Below are positions 40,836-50,996 of a stretch of 64,000 nt of DNA, one piece after another. The stretch is from NCBI GenBank assembly GCA_034091885.1, contig JAXFXA010000052.1, positions 2,963-66,962 on the forward strand. Direction: 5' to 3'. The position numbers were made by a program, and so were the translations under genes. The stretch is from Corynebacterium sp. Its GTDB lineage: Bacteria; Actinomycetota; Actinomycetes; Mycobacteriales; Mycobacteriaceae. Under the pieces are notes generated by a model. The model did not search any database and was not told the DNA's origin. It saw only the letters and a list, made by a program, of their open reading frames with translations. The first letter of the stretch is position 1. Each line of letters opens with the position of its first letter.

Positions 40836-41149
40836 GCACGACGTCACCAGCTTCCGTAGATAATCGGCACCTCTACCCCCATAGTCCACCCCCAGGAATT
40901 AAACCCCAAGTTTACAGTTGTAACTTCTTTAACATTGGTAACATACGTAACACGCTGGTATGTTCGAGCAATTTTCGAACATACCTGGGGTTTACCAGTG
41001 CATTTAAGCATTGCACCTGCGCACAAAGGCCGATACTTTAAATCACGTTGCAATAACGCAGCAATGTTGAATCATGTGCTGTGCCACGCCTGTAACCGGA
41101 AATCTGGTTCCCAGGAGTGAATTGAAAAGTTAGACGTCTGAGAAGGACT

Positions 41150-41908
41150 ATGTATATGAAGCGCACTCCCCGTGCACTTAAGGCCGTAGCCACAGTTGGT
41201 GTGGCAGCAGGCATTGCCATTGCCACCGTTAGCGGTGCTAATGCGGAATCGCCAACACTAAGCCTGAACGTGGCTGATGGTTCTTCCAATAGTGAAACCC
41301 CCGAGGTCAACCATAGTGACCTGCTCTCGGTTGCAGTTGGCCTGGCACAAAGCCTCAACGATGTAGCCAATAACGGCGTAGCTCCACAGATTACCCGCAC
41401 TGATTACGGGCTCAACGTTGTCCTGGATCCACATGTTATTCCGGGTCTGGCCGAAGAACTCGCTCCAGAGACTCCGACCCAGCTCGCCCCAAAAACTGGC
41501 CATACCGCTGACGGTCGGCAGGTCGTGTTCCCTACTACAGGCCGACTGACCTCGACCTTCGGAATGCGTTGGGGAAGTATGCACAACGGAATCGACATTG
41601 CCAACCCCGTGGGCACTCCCATTGTGTCCATCATGGACGGCGAAGTCATCAACTCAGGTCCTGCACAGGGCTTTGGTAACTGGATTCGCATTAAGCACGC
41701 CAACGGTGAAGTCTCCGTTTATGGACACATGCAGGCAAACTCACTTGCAGTTCGAGTAGGCGACCATGTCACCGCGGGCCAGCATATTGCCACCATTGGT
41801 AGCGAGGGACACTCCACCGGACCTCACTTGCACTTTGAAATCCACCCTGATGGTGTGACTCCAGTAGACCCCCAGGCGTGGTTTGCACAGCAAGGCATCT
41901 ATTTCTAG
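41150..41908 (+). CDS. Second M23 family metallopeptidase (secreted)
   Basis: Signal peptide (ANA|E), HNGID, YGHM, HLH. Confidence 0.93.
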   Translation: MYMKRTPRALKAVATVGVAAGIAIATVSGANAESPTLSLNVADGSSNSETPEVNHSDLLSVAVGLAQSLNDVANNGVAPQITRTDYGLNVVLDPHVIPGLAEELAPETPTQLAPKTGHTADGRQVVFPTTGRLTSTFGMRWGSMHNGIDIANPVGTPIVSIMDGEVINSGPAQGFGNWIRIKHANGEVSVYGHMQANSLAVRVGDHVTAGQHIATIGSEGHSTGPHLHFEIHPDGVTPVDPQAWFAQQGIYF

Positions 41909-41926
41909 ACAACCTCGCTGCACAAA

Positions 41927-41959
41927 GTATTGCCCCCACCAGTCCGGGGTGGGCAATAC
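41927..41959. terminator. Terminator between convergent M23 and pcrA
   Basis: GTATTGCCC...GGGCAATAC stem. Confidence 0.7.
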
Positions 41960-41966
41960 ACAAGTG

Positions 41967-44753
41967 TCAGAGCTTTTCCATAGGCGGGTTTCCAATCAAC
42001 ATCAGCCGCACCTTGCCGGAACTACCAAAATCAATGGTAACCGTGGCACGGGCGCCGGAACCGTCCGCGCTAATGACAGTTCCTAAACCGTATTTATCGT
42101 GATTGACTCTGTCACCAACATCTAAATTAAGACTCTTAGCTTTCTGCGCGTCGCGCTTGGGAAGTGAGGATGTTCCTGTGCGCTGCGAAGGGGAAGTCGC
42201 GGCGCCACGACCAGCATTTGTTGAACGTGTGGAACCTCCCCACCCTGACCAACTGGAGTTATAGGTGCGCCCATAGGAATAAGAGTCGTCATAGTCCCAA
42301 CTAGAACCACCCATATTGTCAGGTTCTTCACGGCGCCAGTCGATGAGATCTTCTGGGATCTCTCCGAGGAAGCGGCTGGCCGGATTCGTCAACGGGTTAC
42401 CCCACGATGAGCGAAGAATAGCACGGGTGAGATAGAGCCTTTGGCGGGCGCGCGTTATTCCCACGTAGGCCAAACGTCGCTCTTCACTTAGCTCCTTGGG
42501 ATCCCCCATCGAGCGCATGTGTGGGAATTGCCCGTCTTCCCAGCCGGTAAGAAAGACAACCGGAAATTCCAGCCCTTTGGCGGTGTGCAAAGTCATTAGG
42601 GTCACTACTCCCGACTCATGCTCAGGTATCTGGTCTGCATCAGCTACTAAAGACACCTTTTCCAAAAACGCTTGGAGGGAGCCAGGAGCCGCTTCACCTT
42701 CAGCGAGCAAACGTGCACCGTCGGCGCTTACATTCTCTGATTCTGTAGTAGCCAGGTTGTGTTCTTCCAGAAAAGCCACCTGATTAGCGGCCTCGGACGA
42801 GAACTCACGAGCAACGGAGACCAATTCATTTAGGTTGTCCAAACGCGCCCCCTCTTGTGGGTCATTGGATGCTTCAAGTTGTTGCTTATATCCGGTCGCA
42901 TCTAACACTGCGTTGAGCAATTCGCCTAAATCAGGTTGGCGGGTGATGTCATTTACCATTGTTGGGATTTGTTCCCGCAGGCCGTCCATCATTTCATTGA
43001 AGCGCGCAATGGCATTAACTGCCCGAGAATTCAGTCCCACTACTTCCCCACGTTCCGCTGCGCGCAGCGCTTTGCCAAAACTGACGTTGAGGTTCTCAGC
43101 GTGCAGGGCAACCTGTGCTTGGGCCTTGTCGCCTATCGCCCGCTTGGGCACATTGATGATTCGACGCAGACTCACTGAATCGTCGGGGTTATCCAGAATC
43201 TTTAGGTACGCCACGACATCGCGGATTTCACGGCGTTCGTAGAACCGAGTCCCGCCCACCACTTTATAGGGAATACCTGAGCGTACGAAGATGTCCTCCA
43301 ATGCGCGAGAAGCATTGTTGGTGCGGTACATAATTGCGATATCAGAGTAGTTAAACCCGTTATCGCTTAGCGTATCTATCTCACTGGCAATGAACCTGGC
43401 TTCATCGTGTTCATTGTCGGCGACATAGCCAATGATTTTCTCACCTTGTCCGTGGTCGGTCCACAAGTTCTTTTCGCGTCGTCCCTCATTTTGCGCAATA
43501 ACCGCGTTAGCAGCAGACAAAATTGTCTGGGTCGAACGGTAGTTTTGTTCCAGCAAAATAGTGTGCGCATTCGGGTAGTCCCGCTCAAACTCTTCGATAT
43601 TGCGAATAGTTGCCCCACGGAATGCATAAATGGACTGATCTGAGTCACCGACTACACACAGCTCTGGGCCTTGTGGTTCTTCGCGCCCAACTAGTGCCGA
43701 GACTAAGGCGTATTGCGCGTGGTTGGTGTCTTGGTATTCATCGATAAGCACATGCTTAAACCTGCGGCGATAAAAATCAACGACCTGCGGGTGCTGGGAG
43801 AAAATGCGCACGACTTCGCCAATGAGATCATCAAAGTCCACGGCGTTGGCAGCTCGCAATCGGCGCTGGTATTCCGCAAATACATCGACGACAGCCAGAG
43901 TGAACGGATTCTTTGTTTTCTCTGCTTGACTGCGCGCCTGTTCGGGGCTAACAAGTTCGTTTTTGAAATTCGAGATCTGGTTAGCCAACACGCGGGGGGT
44001 GAATTTCTTGATGTCGAGCTGAAGTTCTTTAGCAATCATGGACAACAGTCGGCGCGCGTCATCGCCATCATAAATTGTGAAATTCGAATTTAATCCGGGC
44101 ACGAGCTGCGCCTGCTGCCGCAAGATGCGAACGCAGATCGAGTGAAATGTTGCCACCCACATCCGTTGCGCGATTGGCCCCACCAGAGCCGAAACGCGCT
44201 CTTTCATCTCCGCTGCTGCTTTATTTGTAAAGGTAATGGCTAGAACTTCCCACGGCGCGACTCCGCGACACCCCATCAGGTAAGCAATGCGACGCGTCAA
44301 CACCGCCGTTTTACCTGAACCCGCGCCGGCCACGATCAATAAAGGTGACCCAATGTGTTCCACTGCCTCGACTTGTTGCGGATTGAGACCAGTAATGAGC
44401 TCACTCCTGCGGGCATCGGCAAGCTTTGCGCCCGATAGCTGCGCGGCATTGGCCGCATCAGCCGATGGGCGCGCGCCCGCAGTATTTGAATTCCTCCTCT
44501 GAAACGGTGATGCATTAGCCGGCGATCCTAGAGAAGAAGCATTCACTCCAGCAGACATCGGCTGAGTTTTCAGGTCACTAAACAGGTCAAATGCCCCTTC
44601 AGGAGCTATGTCCTCTTCTTCCGGCGGAATTAGTTCAGGAGGAATAGATTCTAATTCCGGCGTCCCTTCGCACGGACGACCGGCAATGCGGCCAGCCGCA
44701 TGTTCGGCGGGGTTGTGCTGACTGAAAGGTGTTGATCCATCGCGTTCGCTCAT
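41967..44753 (-). CDS. pcrA: ATP-dependent DNA helicase PcrA/UvrD1
   Basis: AGAGSGKT, IDEYQDTN, GDSDQSIYAFRGA, LEQNYRS, TLHTAKGLEF, YVGITRA, C-terminal Tudor-like domain; start uncertain. Confidence 0.96.
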   Translation of the reverse strand: MSERDGSTPFSQHNPAEHAAGRIAGRPCEGTPELESIPPELIPPEEEDIAPEGAFDLFSDLKTQPMSAGVNASSLGSPANASPFQRRNSNTAGARPSADAANAAQLSGAKLADARRSELITGLNPQQVEAVEHIGSPLLIVAGAGSGKTAVLTRRIAYLMGCRGVAPWEVLAITFTNKAAAEMKERVSALVGPIAQRMWVATFHSICVRILRQQAQLVPGLNSNFTIYDGDDARRLLSMIAKELQLDIKKFTPRVLANQISNFKNELVSPEQARSQAEKTKNPFTLAVVDVFAEYQRRLRAANAVDFDDLIGEVVRIFSQHPQVVDFYRRRFKHVLIDEYQDTNHAQYALVSALVGREEPQGPELCVVGDSDQSIYAFRGATIRNIEEFERDYPNAHTILLEQNYRSTQTILSAANAVIAQNEGRREKNLWTDHGQGEKIIGYVADNEHDEARFIASEIDTLSDNGFNYSDIAIMYRTNNASRALEDIFVRSGIPYKVVGGTRFYERREIRDVVAYLKILDNPDDSVSLRRIINVPKRAIGDKAQAQVALHAENLNVSFGKALRAAERGEVVGLNSRAVNAIARFNEMMDGLREQIPTMVNDITRQPDLGELLNAVLDATGYKQQLEASNDPQEGARLDNLNELVSVAREFSSEAANQVAFLEEHNLATTESENVSADGARLLAEGEAAPGSLQAFLEKVSLVADADQIPEHESGVVTLMTLHTAKGLEFPVVFLTGWEDGQFPHMRSMGDPKELSEERRLAYVGITRARQRLYLTRAILRSSWGNPLTNPASRFLGEIPEDLIDWRREEPDNMGGSSWDYDDSYSYGRTYNSSWSGWGGSTRSTNAGRGAATSPSQRTGTSSLPKRDAQKAKSLNLDVGDRVNHDKYGLGTVISADGSGARATVTIDFGSSGKVRLMLIGNPPMEKL

Positions 44754-44851
44754 AATATTTACCAACCTACTAGCTCGACCCGACAACTGTTTACACCGTC
44801 GTGGCCGATACCTATGCATTTGGGAGTAAAAAGATGGCACAATAAAGTCTC

Positions 44852-45202
44852 ATGAGTACTTCGCCGCAGCCACAGTCACCGACTCCAGATTCGATTGTCT
44901 CCGCGAGCAACAATGTTTTTGCCATCCGCGTCCCCACGGGCACAGACGATCCGCTTTCCGATGCAGAAATCCAGCAGTACCGGCAAGAAATTGACCGTAT
45001 GGATCGGATCATCCTCGATGCTGTCAAACGTCGTACAGCAGTGTCCCAAGCAATTGGTAAAACCCGTCTTGGCTCTGGTGGCACCCGCCTAGTGCACACC
45101 CGAGAAATTGCAATCCTTAACCAATTCCGCGATGAGCTCGGTGAGGAAGGTCCTGCCATTGCTTCAGCTTTATTGCGCTTGGGACGGGGCAAACTGGGCT
45201 AG
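44852..45202 (+). CDS. Chorismate mutase (AroQ)
   Basis: IQQYRQEIDRMDRIILD...RLVHTRE; divergent from pcrA as in corynebacteria. Confidence 0.92.
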   Translation: MSTSPQPQSPTPDSIVSASNNVFAIRVPTGTDDPLSDAEIQQYRQEIDRMDRIILDAVKRRTAVSQAIGKTRLGSGGTRLVHTREIAILNQFRDELGEEGPAIASALLRLGRGKLG

Positions 45203-45264
45203 ACCGCTTATTGTTTTCACAGTAAATTCTTATTTTCTTCCCGCTTCGGGCTAGTGTATTCCGC

Positions 45265-46716
45265 ATGAATGCTGTTTTGATTGCGGTCATTGTCATGCTT
45301 GTACTGGCAATGGTGCGCGTACACGTCGTAGTCGCGCTGTTTTTGGGCGCGTTGGTTGGTGGTCTCGCTGCAGGCATGGGTCTTGATGGCACCATGCTGG
45401 CTTTCCAGGAAGGACTGGGGGGCGGTGCAAAGATTGCACTGAGTTATGCCTTGTTGGGTGCCTTTGCCATGGGTGTAGCATCGACAGGATTGCCACGCCT
45501 GCTGGCAAATGCGCTGTTAGCCAAAATTGGCACCAGCGCTCCACGTGGTGTTGCTCCAGCTAAAATTGCAGGGAGCGCAGGAGTCAATGAAGTAGATTCC
45601 CCTACCCCTGCTGCTGGGGTCGCTACCGCCCCTAAGCCTGCCCGAGCTTCGCAAAAAGCTGTGACCACAACGAAGTACCTGATCGTTGTAGGCATTGTTG
45701 CTATGTCGATGATGAGCCAGAACCTTATTCCGGTACACATCGCGTTTATTCCTTTGCTTATTCCACCACTTTTGACGGTGTTTAACCGTTTGGACATCGA
45801 CCGCCGCCTGATTGCGTGCTGTTTGACCTTCGGTTTGGTGACAACCTACATGTTTTTCCCTATCGGATTTGGTTCTATCTTCTTAAACGACATCTTGCTG
45901 TTTAATATCAACCAATCTGGTTTGGACACAACTGGTGTCTCTGTCATGCATGCTATGGCTATTCCGGCAGTCGGGATGGTGGTTGGTTTGCTGTTGGCTG
46001 TTTTCGTTTCTTATCGCAAGCCGCGCGCCTACAAGGATCTGCCTATTGCAGTGGGCGCTGATGATGAGACAGAGGCATCAAAGCTGAAAATTGCGGTCGC
46101 CTGCATTGCCATCGTGATGACTTTTGTGGTGCAGATTGTTATGCAATCCGGCGATTTTGAATCCGACGGACTCTTGGTGGGCGCGCTGACTGGTTTGGCA
46201 ATTTTGCTGCTCAGCGGCGCTGTGAAGTGGAACCGCGCTGATGATGTCTTCTCTGCTGGTATGCGGATGATGGCCCTAGTTGGTTTGATCATGATTACTG
46301 CCCAAGGGTTTGCTGCCGTTATGACCGCCACCGGGGAAGTTGAAACGCTTGTCGATGCCACCGCTTCCCTTTTCGCCGGCAACCAAGCCGCTGGCTCGGC
46401 AGCCATGCTTTTGGTTGGTCTTATTGTGACCATGGGTATTGGCTCATCGTTTTCTACTTTGCCAATTATCACCGTCATCTACGTTCCTTTGTGCATGTCA
46501 CTAGGATTTAGCCCATTGGCTACCGTATCCATCATTGGTACAGCTGGTGCGCTCGGTGACGCAGGTTCTCCTGCGTCCGACTCCACGTTGGGTCCGACAT
46601 CCGGTCTGAATGCTGACGGTCAGCACGATCACATTTGGGATTCAGTGGTGCCCACCTTTATTCACTACAACATTCCTCTGCTCATTGCTGGGTGGATTGC
46701 CGCTCTAGTGCTCTAG
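45265..46716 (+). CDS. Na+/H+ antiporter family (YuiF-like) transporter
   Basis: MNAVLIAV, ALSYALLGAFA, SQNLIPVHIAFIP, GDAGSPASDSTLGPT. Confidence 0.88.
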   Translation: MNAVLIAVIVMLVLAMVRVHVVVALFLGALVGGLAAGMGLDGTMLAFQEGLGGGAKIALSYALLGAFAMGVASTGLPRLLANALLAKIGTSAPRGVAPAKIAGSAGVNEVDSPTPAAGVATAPKPARASQKAVTTTKYLIVVGIVAMSMMSQNLIPVHIAFIPLLIPPLLTVFNRLDIDRRLIACCLTFGLVTTYMFFPIGFGSIFLNDILLFNINQSGLDTTGVSVMHAMAIPAVGMVVGLLLAVFVSYRKPRAYKDLPIAVGADDETEASKLKIAVACIAIVMTFVVQIVMQSGDFESDGLLVGALTGLAILLLSGAVKWNRADDVFSAGMRMMALVGLIMITAQGFAAVMTATGEVETLVDATASLFAGNQAAGSAAMLLVGLIVTMGIGSSFSTLPIITVIYVPLCMSLGFSPLATVSIIGTAGALGDAGSPASDSTLGPTSGLNADGQHDHIWDSVVPTFIHYNIPLLIAGWIAALVL

Positions 46717-46767
46717 ACTTGCATAAGTAATTTCCCGCAAGGTCTTTATTAAACGAAGGGCTCGACA

Positions 46768-48408
46768 ATGAACATCACCCAGTCGCTGGAGTGGAGCAGG
46801 CTAGCATCCGTTTTCTCCGCAAAGCAACGGCTAAACCTGCGCGAACTATTCGCAGCAGATCCTTCGCGCGCTAAGAATCTCTCTTTTTCAGCGGCAGGTT
46901 TATACGTCGATTTGTCTAAAAACCTCGTTGATGCAGATGTTTTAGCTGCGCTTATCGATGTCGCCCGCGCGGCGGGCGTCGAGCCTAGCCGTAATGCCAT
47001 GTTCGCCGGTGAGCACATCAATACCACCGAAGATCGCGCCGTGCTACACACCGCGTTGCGTGCACCTGCAGGCGGAGAGCTCGTCGTTGACGGTCAGGAT
47101 ATCTCAGCGGATGTGCACGACGTATTAGGACAGATGCGTGCTTTTGCTACTGCACTGCGTTCAGGTGCTTGGCTGGGGCATACCGGTGAGCGCATTACCA
47201 AGGTAGTCAATATCGGAATCGGCGGCTCTGATTTGGGTCCAGCCATGGCAGCCCAAGCGTTGCGGACTTATGAGGTAGCCGGTATTAGCGCCGAGTTTGT
47301 CTCTAACGTCGATCCAGCAGACTTAGCCGCCACTTTGGATGGTCTTGACGCCGCCTCGACGCTTTTTATCGTAGCGTCGAAGACTTTTACTACTCAGGAA
47401 ACGTTGGCCAATGCTCATGCTGCACGCCGCTGGTTGGTTGCGCAGTTCGACGGCGATGAATCTGCCGTTGCTAAGCACTTCGTTGCCGTGTCCACAAATG
47501 CTGAAAAAGTTGCCGAGTTTGGTATTGATACGGCTAACATGTTTGGTTTTTGGGAATGGGTCGGTGGACGCTATTCTGTGGCGTCTGCAGTCGGTCTTTC
47601 CTTGATGTGCACAATCGGGCCAGAAGATTTCATGCGCTTTTTAGGTGGATTCCACGCAATGGATGAGCACTTTTGCACTACTGAGTTAGAGTCCAATGTG
47701 CCGGTATTAATGGCCCTGCTTAGCGTGTGGTACACCAATTTCCACGGTGCGCAATCACACGCAGTACTTCCTTATTCTGAGGATTTAGGACGCTTCCCTG
47801 CATATTTGCAGCAGCTGACTATGGAGTCCAACGGCAAATCAGTTCACCACGATGGCACTGCGGTATCCACCGCAACGGGTCCTGTGTACTGGGGTGAGCC
47901 GGGCACCAATGGCCAGCACGCGTTCTTCCAGCTCATTCACCAAGGAACTCACCTTATTCCGGCTGATTTCATTGGGTTTATCAAGCCCAAGGAAGATTTT
48001 CCAGCTGCCGATGGCACCGGCAGCATGCATGATCTGTTGATGTCCAATTTCTTCGCCCAAACCAAGGTTTTAGCTTTTGGCAAGACGGCCGAAGAGATTG
48101 CTAGTGAGGGCGTGGCCGAGCACCTCATCAACCACAAGGTCATGCCGGGCAACCGCCCAACGACCACCATTGTGGCTGAAGAATTAACTCCTTATGTGCT
48201 TGGCGCGCTCATTGCGCTCTACGAACACATCGTTTTCGTGGAAGGCGTGATCTGGGACATCAATTCCTTCGACCAATGGGGTGTGGAATTAGGCAAACAA
48301 CAAGCCAATGACCTCGCTGCGGCAGTCGCAGGCGAGGTAGCAGTTGATTCAGGTGATTCCTCGACGGATACACTCATCTCCTACTACCGCCAACACCGCA
48401 ACTCATAA
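46768..48408 (+). CDS. pgi: Glucose-6-phosphate isomerase
   Basis: [46 protein letters not shown]. Confidence 0.97.
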   Translation: MNITQSLEWSRLASVFSAKQRLNLRELFAADPSRAKNLSFSAAGLYVDLSKNLVDADVLAALIDVARAAGVEPSRNAMFAGEHINTTEDRAVLHTALRAPAGGELVVDGQDISADVHDVLGQMRAFATALRSGAWLGHTGERITKVVNIGIGGSDLGPAMAAQALRTYEVAGISAEFVSNVDPADLAATLDGLDAASTLFIVASKTFTTQETLANAHAARRWLVAQFDGDESAVAKHFVAVSTNAEKVAEFGIDTANMFGFWEWVGGRYSVASAVGLSLMCTIGPEDFMRFLGGFHAMDEHFCTTELESNVPVLMALLSVWYTNFHGAQSHAVLPYSEDLGRFPAYLQQLTMESNGKSVHHDGTAVSTATGPVYWGEPGTNGQHAFFQLIHQGTHLIPADFIGFIKPKEDFPAADGTGSMHDLLMSNFFAQTKVLAFGKTAEEIASEGVAEHLINHKVMPGNRPTTTIVAEELTPYVLGALIALYEHIVFVEGVIWDINSFDQWGVELGKQQANDLAAAVAGEVAVDSGDSSTDTLISYYRQHRNS

Positions 48409-48422
48409 AAGCGGCAAAGGAA

Positions 48423-48461
48423 AAGCGGTTGAGTCCTTTATTTGGCTCAACCGCTTATTTT
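48423..48461 (+). terminator. pgi terminator
   Basis: AAGCGGTTGAG...CTCAACCGCTT followed by ATTTTTT. Confidence 0.8.
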
Positions 48462-48875
48462 TTAAAGGCTTACCTTCGGAGTCCATCCGTGTGGTATCGC
48501 GCCGCTAGGGACAATCCTGCACCCAAAGGGGAAGCAGGTAACCGGGATCATTTTCAGATTGGCTAAGGCGAGCGGGATTCCCACGATGGTTAAAGCTTGT
48601 GCAAAGGCAGTAATCAGGTGCCCGATGGCCAGCCAAAGACCTGCTAATAGGAACCAAATAATATTAGACAGCGTGGACATTGCCCCGTTTCCATTTACTG
48701 GCTGCACGACCGTTCGGCCGAAGGGCCACAATGCAAACGCCGCCAATCTAAAGCTGGCTACGCCCGCGGGAATGGTGACAATCAACAAACAAGCTACGAT
48801 GCCCAGGACAACGTAGCTGGCGGCAAGGAAGATGCCGCCGAAGGCTAACCAAATAACGTTTAGCAGAATTCTCAT
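48462..48875 (-). CDS. YccF domain-containing membrane protein
   Basis: Two YccF repeats: LLNVIWLAFGG...LWPFG and LSNIIWFLLAG...PFG. Confidence 0.92.
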   Translation of the reverse strand: MRILLNVIWLAFGGIFLAASYVVLGIVACLLIVTIPAGVASFRLAAFALWPFGRTVVQPVNGNGAMSTLSNIIWFLLAGLWLAIGHLITAFAQALTIVGIPLALANLKMIPVTCFPFGCRIVPSGAIPHGWTPKVSL

Positions 48876-48908
48876 AGGGTGATGATATCCGCACCATTGA
48901 CTACGTGC

Positions 48909-49085
48909 CTAAATGGTCCACTTGATTGGAGCTTGCTCGCGGCTAAATACTAGCTTGCCGTTGTGAATGGAATGCATAATGCCACTTCCTTGTTGCAATG
49001 CTTCCCGCTGCGATGGCGCTGCAACAACAATCAAATTAGCTTTCGCTCCCTCATAAATGCCCCACCGGGAATTGTTAGGGCTAGT
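48909..49085 (-). pseudogene. C-terminal fragment of a cytosine deaminase-like amidohydrolase
   Basis: WGIYEGAKANLIVVAA...EAL...MHSIHNGKLV resembles the CodA-type C-terminus (YGIEVGxPANLVVL...IRxG). Confidence 0.6.
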
Positions 49086-49624
49086 TATGGACCACAATGA
49101 CAACGCGCGCGACCAGCGGTTACCAGTCCACAACATAGAAACTAGGCCTAGCGATGCCGCCATGATGGCCGCACCTGATAATCCCTGCAGGATTCGGGCA
49201 GAGATCACCATAAATTCGGTGAAAGCCCCGCCACTTGTGGCCAAGAGTATCGAACCAACGATGTTTAACAAGCTACCGAAGGTTAGAACTCGCAAACATC
49301 CGAGCCGGTCGGCCAGATTTCCAATACCCACAATTGTCATTCCACAAACAAAGGCTGCAAGCGAGATCTTAATCCAGTAGCTTGCGAGCTTAACCCAAGC
49401 TATTCACCTACCAATGGCCCAATATTCAGCATCGATTGGGAAAACAGCCAGAAAGTCAATTCAGCGAGGATAACTCCAACAAGCACTACTTTTTTTGCAG
49501 AATTAGGCAGTTGTGAATCGTCTCGCAACTGAGTTACCTCATCGGTGTGCGGGATCTGGCCAGCATGTCTTATGTCGTTTTTCTGAATCACTGGGATGGT
49601 CATCTCCACTCCTACCTCGCGCAA
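49086..49624 (-). pseudogene. Truncated NorB/QacA-like MFS efflux gene
   Basis: LTFWLFSQSMLNIGP, in-frame TAG at 49400-49402, then a frameshift to ISLAAFVCGMTIV...LADRLG...ARILQGLSGA...RALSLWSI. Confidence 0.8.
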
Positions 49625-49775
49625 AAATGGACAAATTCCCTGCTCCCGCTACGACTTTCAGCGAGAAGATCTGTTCGCCGTAGAGGCTGCGGCACAGTGA
49701 AATCGCCGTTAAACTGGCTGGTCACCCAGACAATAGGGGCGTTGGGGCTTAGAAGGGTTAAGGTATGTATTCGTC

Positions 49776-50996
49776 ATGTCATACCGTAAAATTCGCTATC
49801 CGCGCCTAACCGCACTTTTGGCTATTGTGCTGGCTGCTATCAATTTGCGCGCTGCTATTACTGCTTTAGGTGCACTGCTTCCCGCTGTGCAAGAAGATTT
49901 GAGCCTAAGCGGAACAACGGTGGGAATCCTGGGAACTATCCCCACGATGATGTTTGCCATATCTGCATTCATTCTTCCGCAGCTCAAAGCACGTATGACC
50001 TTGTCAGAGATCATGGTGCTATCGCTTTCTTTGACCACGGTTGGTCAGTTCCTACGAGTCGTTTATCCACATCCCTTGGTGTTAATCGCGGGCTCTATTG
50101 TGGCCTTATTTGCCATTGGCATTCTTAACACCACAATGCCCTTGGTGGTTCGTGAATACTTTCCCAACCGCATTCCCACGATGTCATTGACGTACATGAT
50201 CACTGCGCAGGCGGGTTTGTCCATCGCACCGATTTTCGGTGTTCCAATTATGAATTGGGCTAATAGCGAAGGTTGGCCAGGATGGCAGGTCTCATTGGGA
50301 CTATGGGCCTTTGTCTCCATGGTCGCTGGCATGGCATGGTTACCGCTTCTTGTAAGGCACGGCCCTAATCCAGTAACGGACGCGCCTAAACCGAATTTCA
50401 ACATACCGGTGTGGAGGACTCGCGTTGGTGTCGGGTTGGCACTGCTTTTTGGTTGTAATTCTTTGATTGGCTATACCCTGCTGACATTTTTGCCCAACTT
50501 GTATTTGAATGCCGGTGCCTCTGAGGAAATGGCATCGGGAATGCTGGTACTTGTTTCTGTTTCTGGGCTGCCCTTGTCTTTCATCGGCACCTGGTTGGTG
50601 GGAAGGTTTAGGAGACTATTTCCCACAGTCATTGTCATTGGTATTTGCGTCATCGTGGGCCACTTGGGTCTTGCGCTTAGCCCGCTGAGTCACCCGTGGC
50701 TGTGGGTTTTGCTTGCCGCGGTGGGAACGATGGCTTTTTCCATCGCCACGGTGCTCATCAACATTCGCGCTCGCACGATTGAAGGCGCGACCGGTCTTAC
50801 TTCCTTTACCCAGGGCTTTGGCTATACGGTCGCCAGTGCCGGTCCCCTGCTTACAGGATTGCTTAGCGATGTCACCGGATCCCTAGGCACTGGCATGTAC
50901 ATATTGTCGGCTGCGGGAATCGTGATGACAGCGGGTGGTTATTTTGCTACCCGCGAGGTTCATGTTGAAGATCAGCTCGCTGAGTTGTCTCGTTAG
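49776..50996 (+). CDS. CynX/NimT family MFS transporter
   Basis: AINLRAAIT, LSSFTQGFGY-like motif (LTSFTQGFGY), 12 TM. Confidence 0.88.
   Translation: MSYRKIRYPRLTALLAIVLAAINLRAAITALGALLPAVQEDLSLSGTTVGILGTIPTMMFAISAFILPQLKARMTLSEIMVLSLSLTTVGQFLRVVYPHPLVLIAGSIVALFAIGILNTTMPLVVREYFPNRIPTMSLTYMITAQAGLSIAPIFGVPIMNWANSEGWPGWQVSLGLWAFVSMVAGMAWLPLLVRHGPNPVTDAPKPNFNIPVWRTRVGVGLALLFGCNSLIGYTLLTFLPNLYLNAGASEEMASGMLVLVSVSGLPLSFIGTWLVGRFRRLFPTVIVIGICVIVGHLGLALSPLSHPWLWVLLAAVGTMAFSIATVLINIRARTIEGATGLTSFTQGFGYTVASAGPLLTGLLSDVTGSLGTGMYILSAAGIVMTAGGYFATREVHVEDQLAELSR

Noticed and set aside
41038-41149. c-di-AMP (ydaO) riboswitch upstream of the M23 gene
   Set aside because: Only a loose GTGAAT resemblance; the AUCGCUGAA and CAGCUAAC motifs are absent
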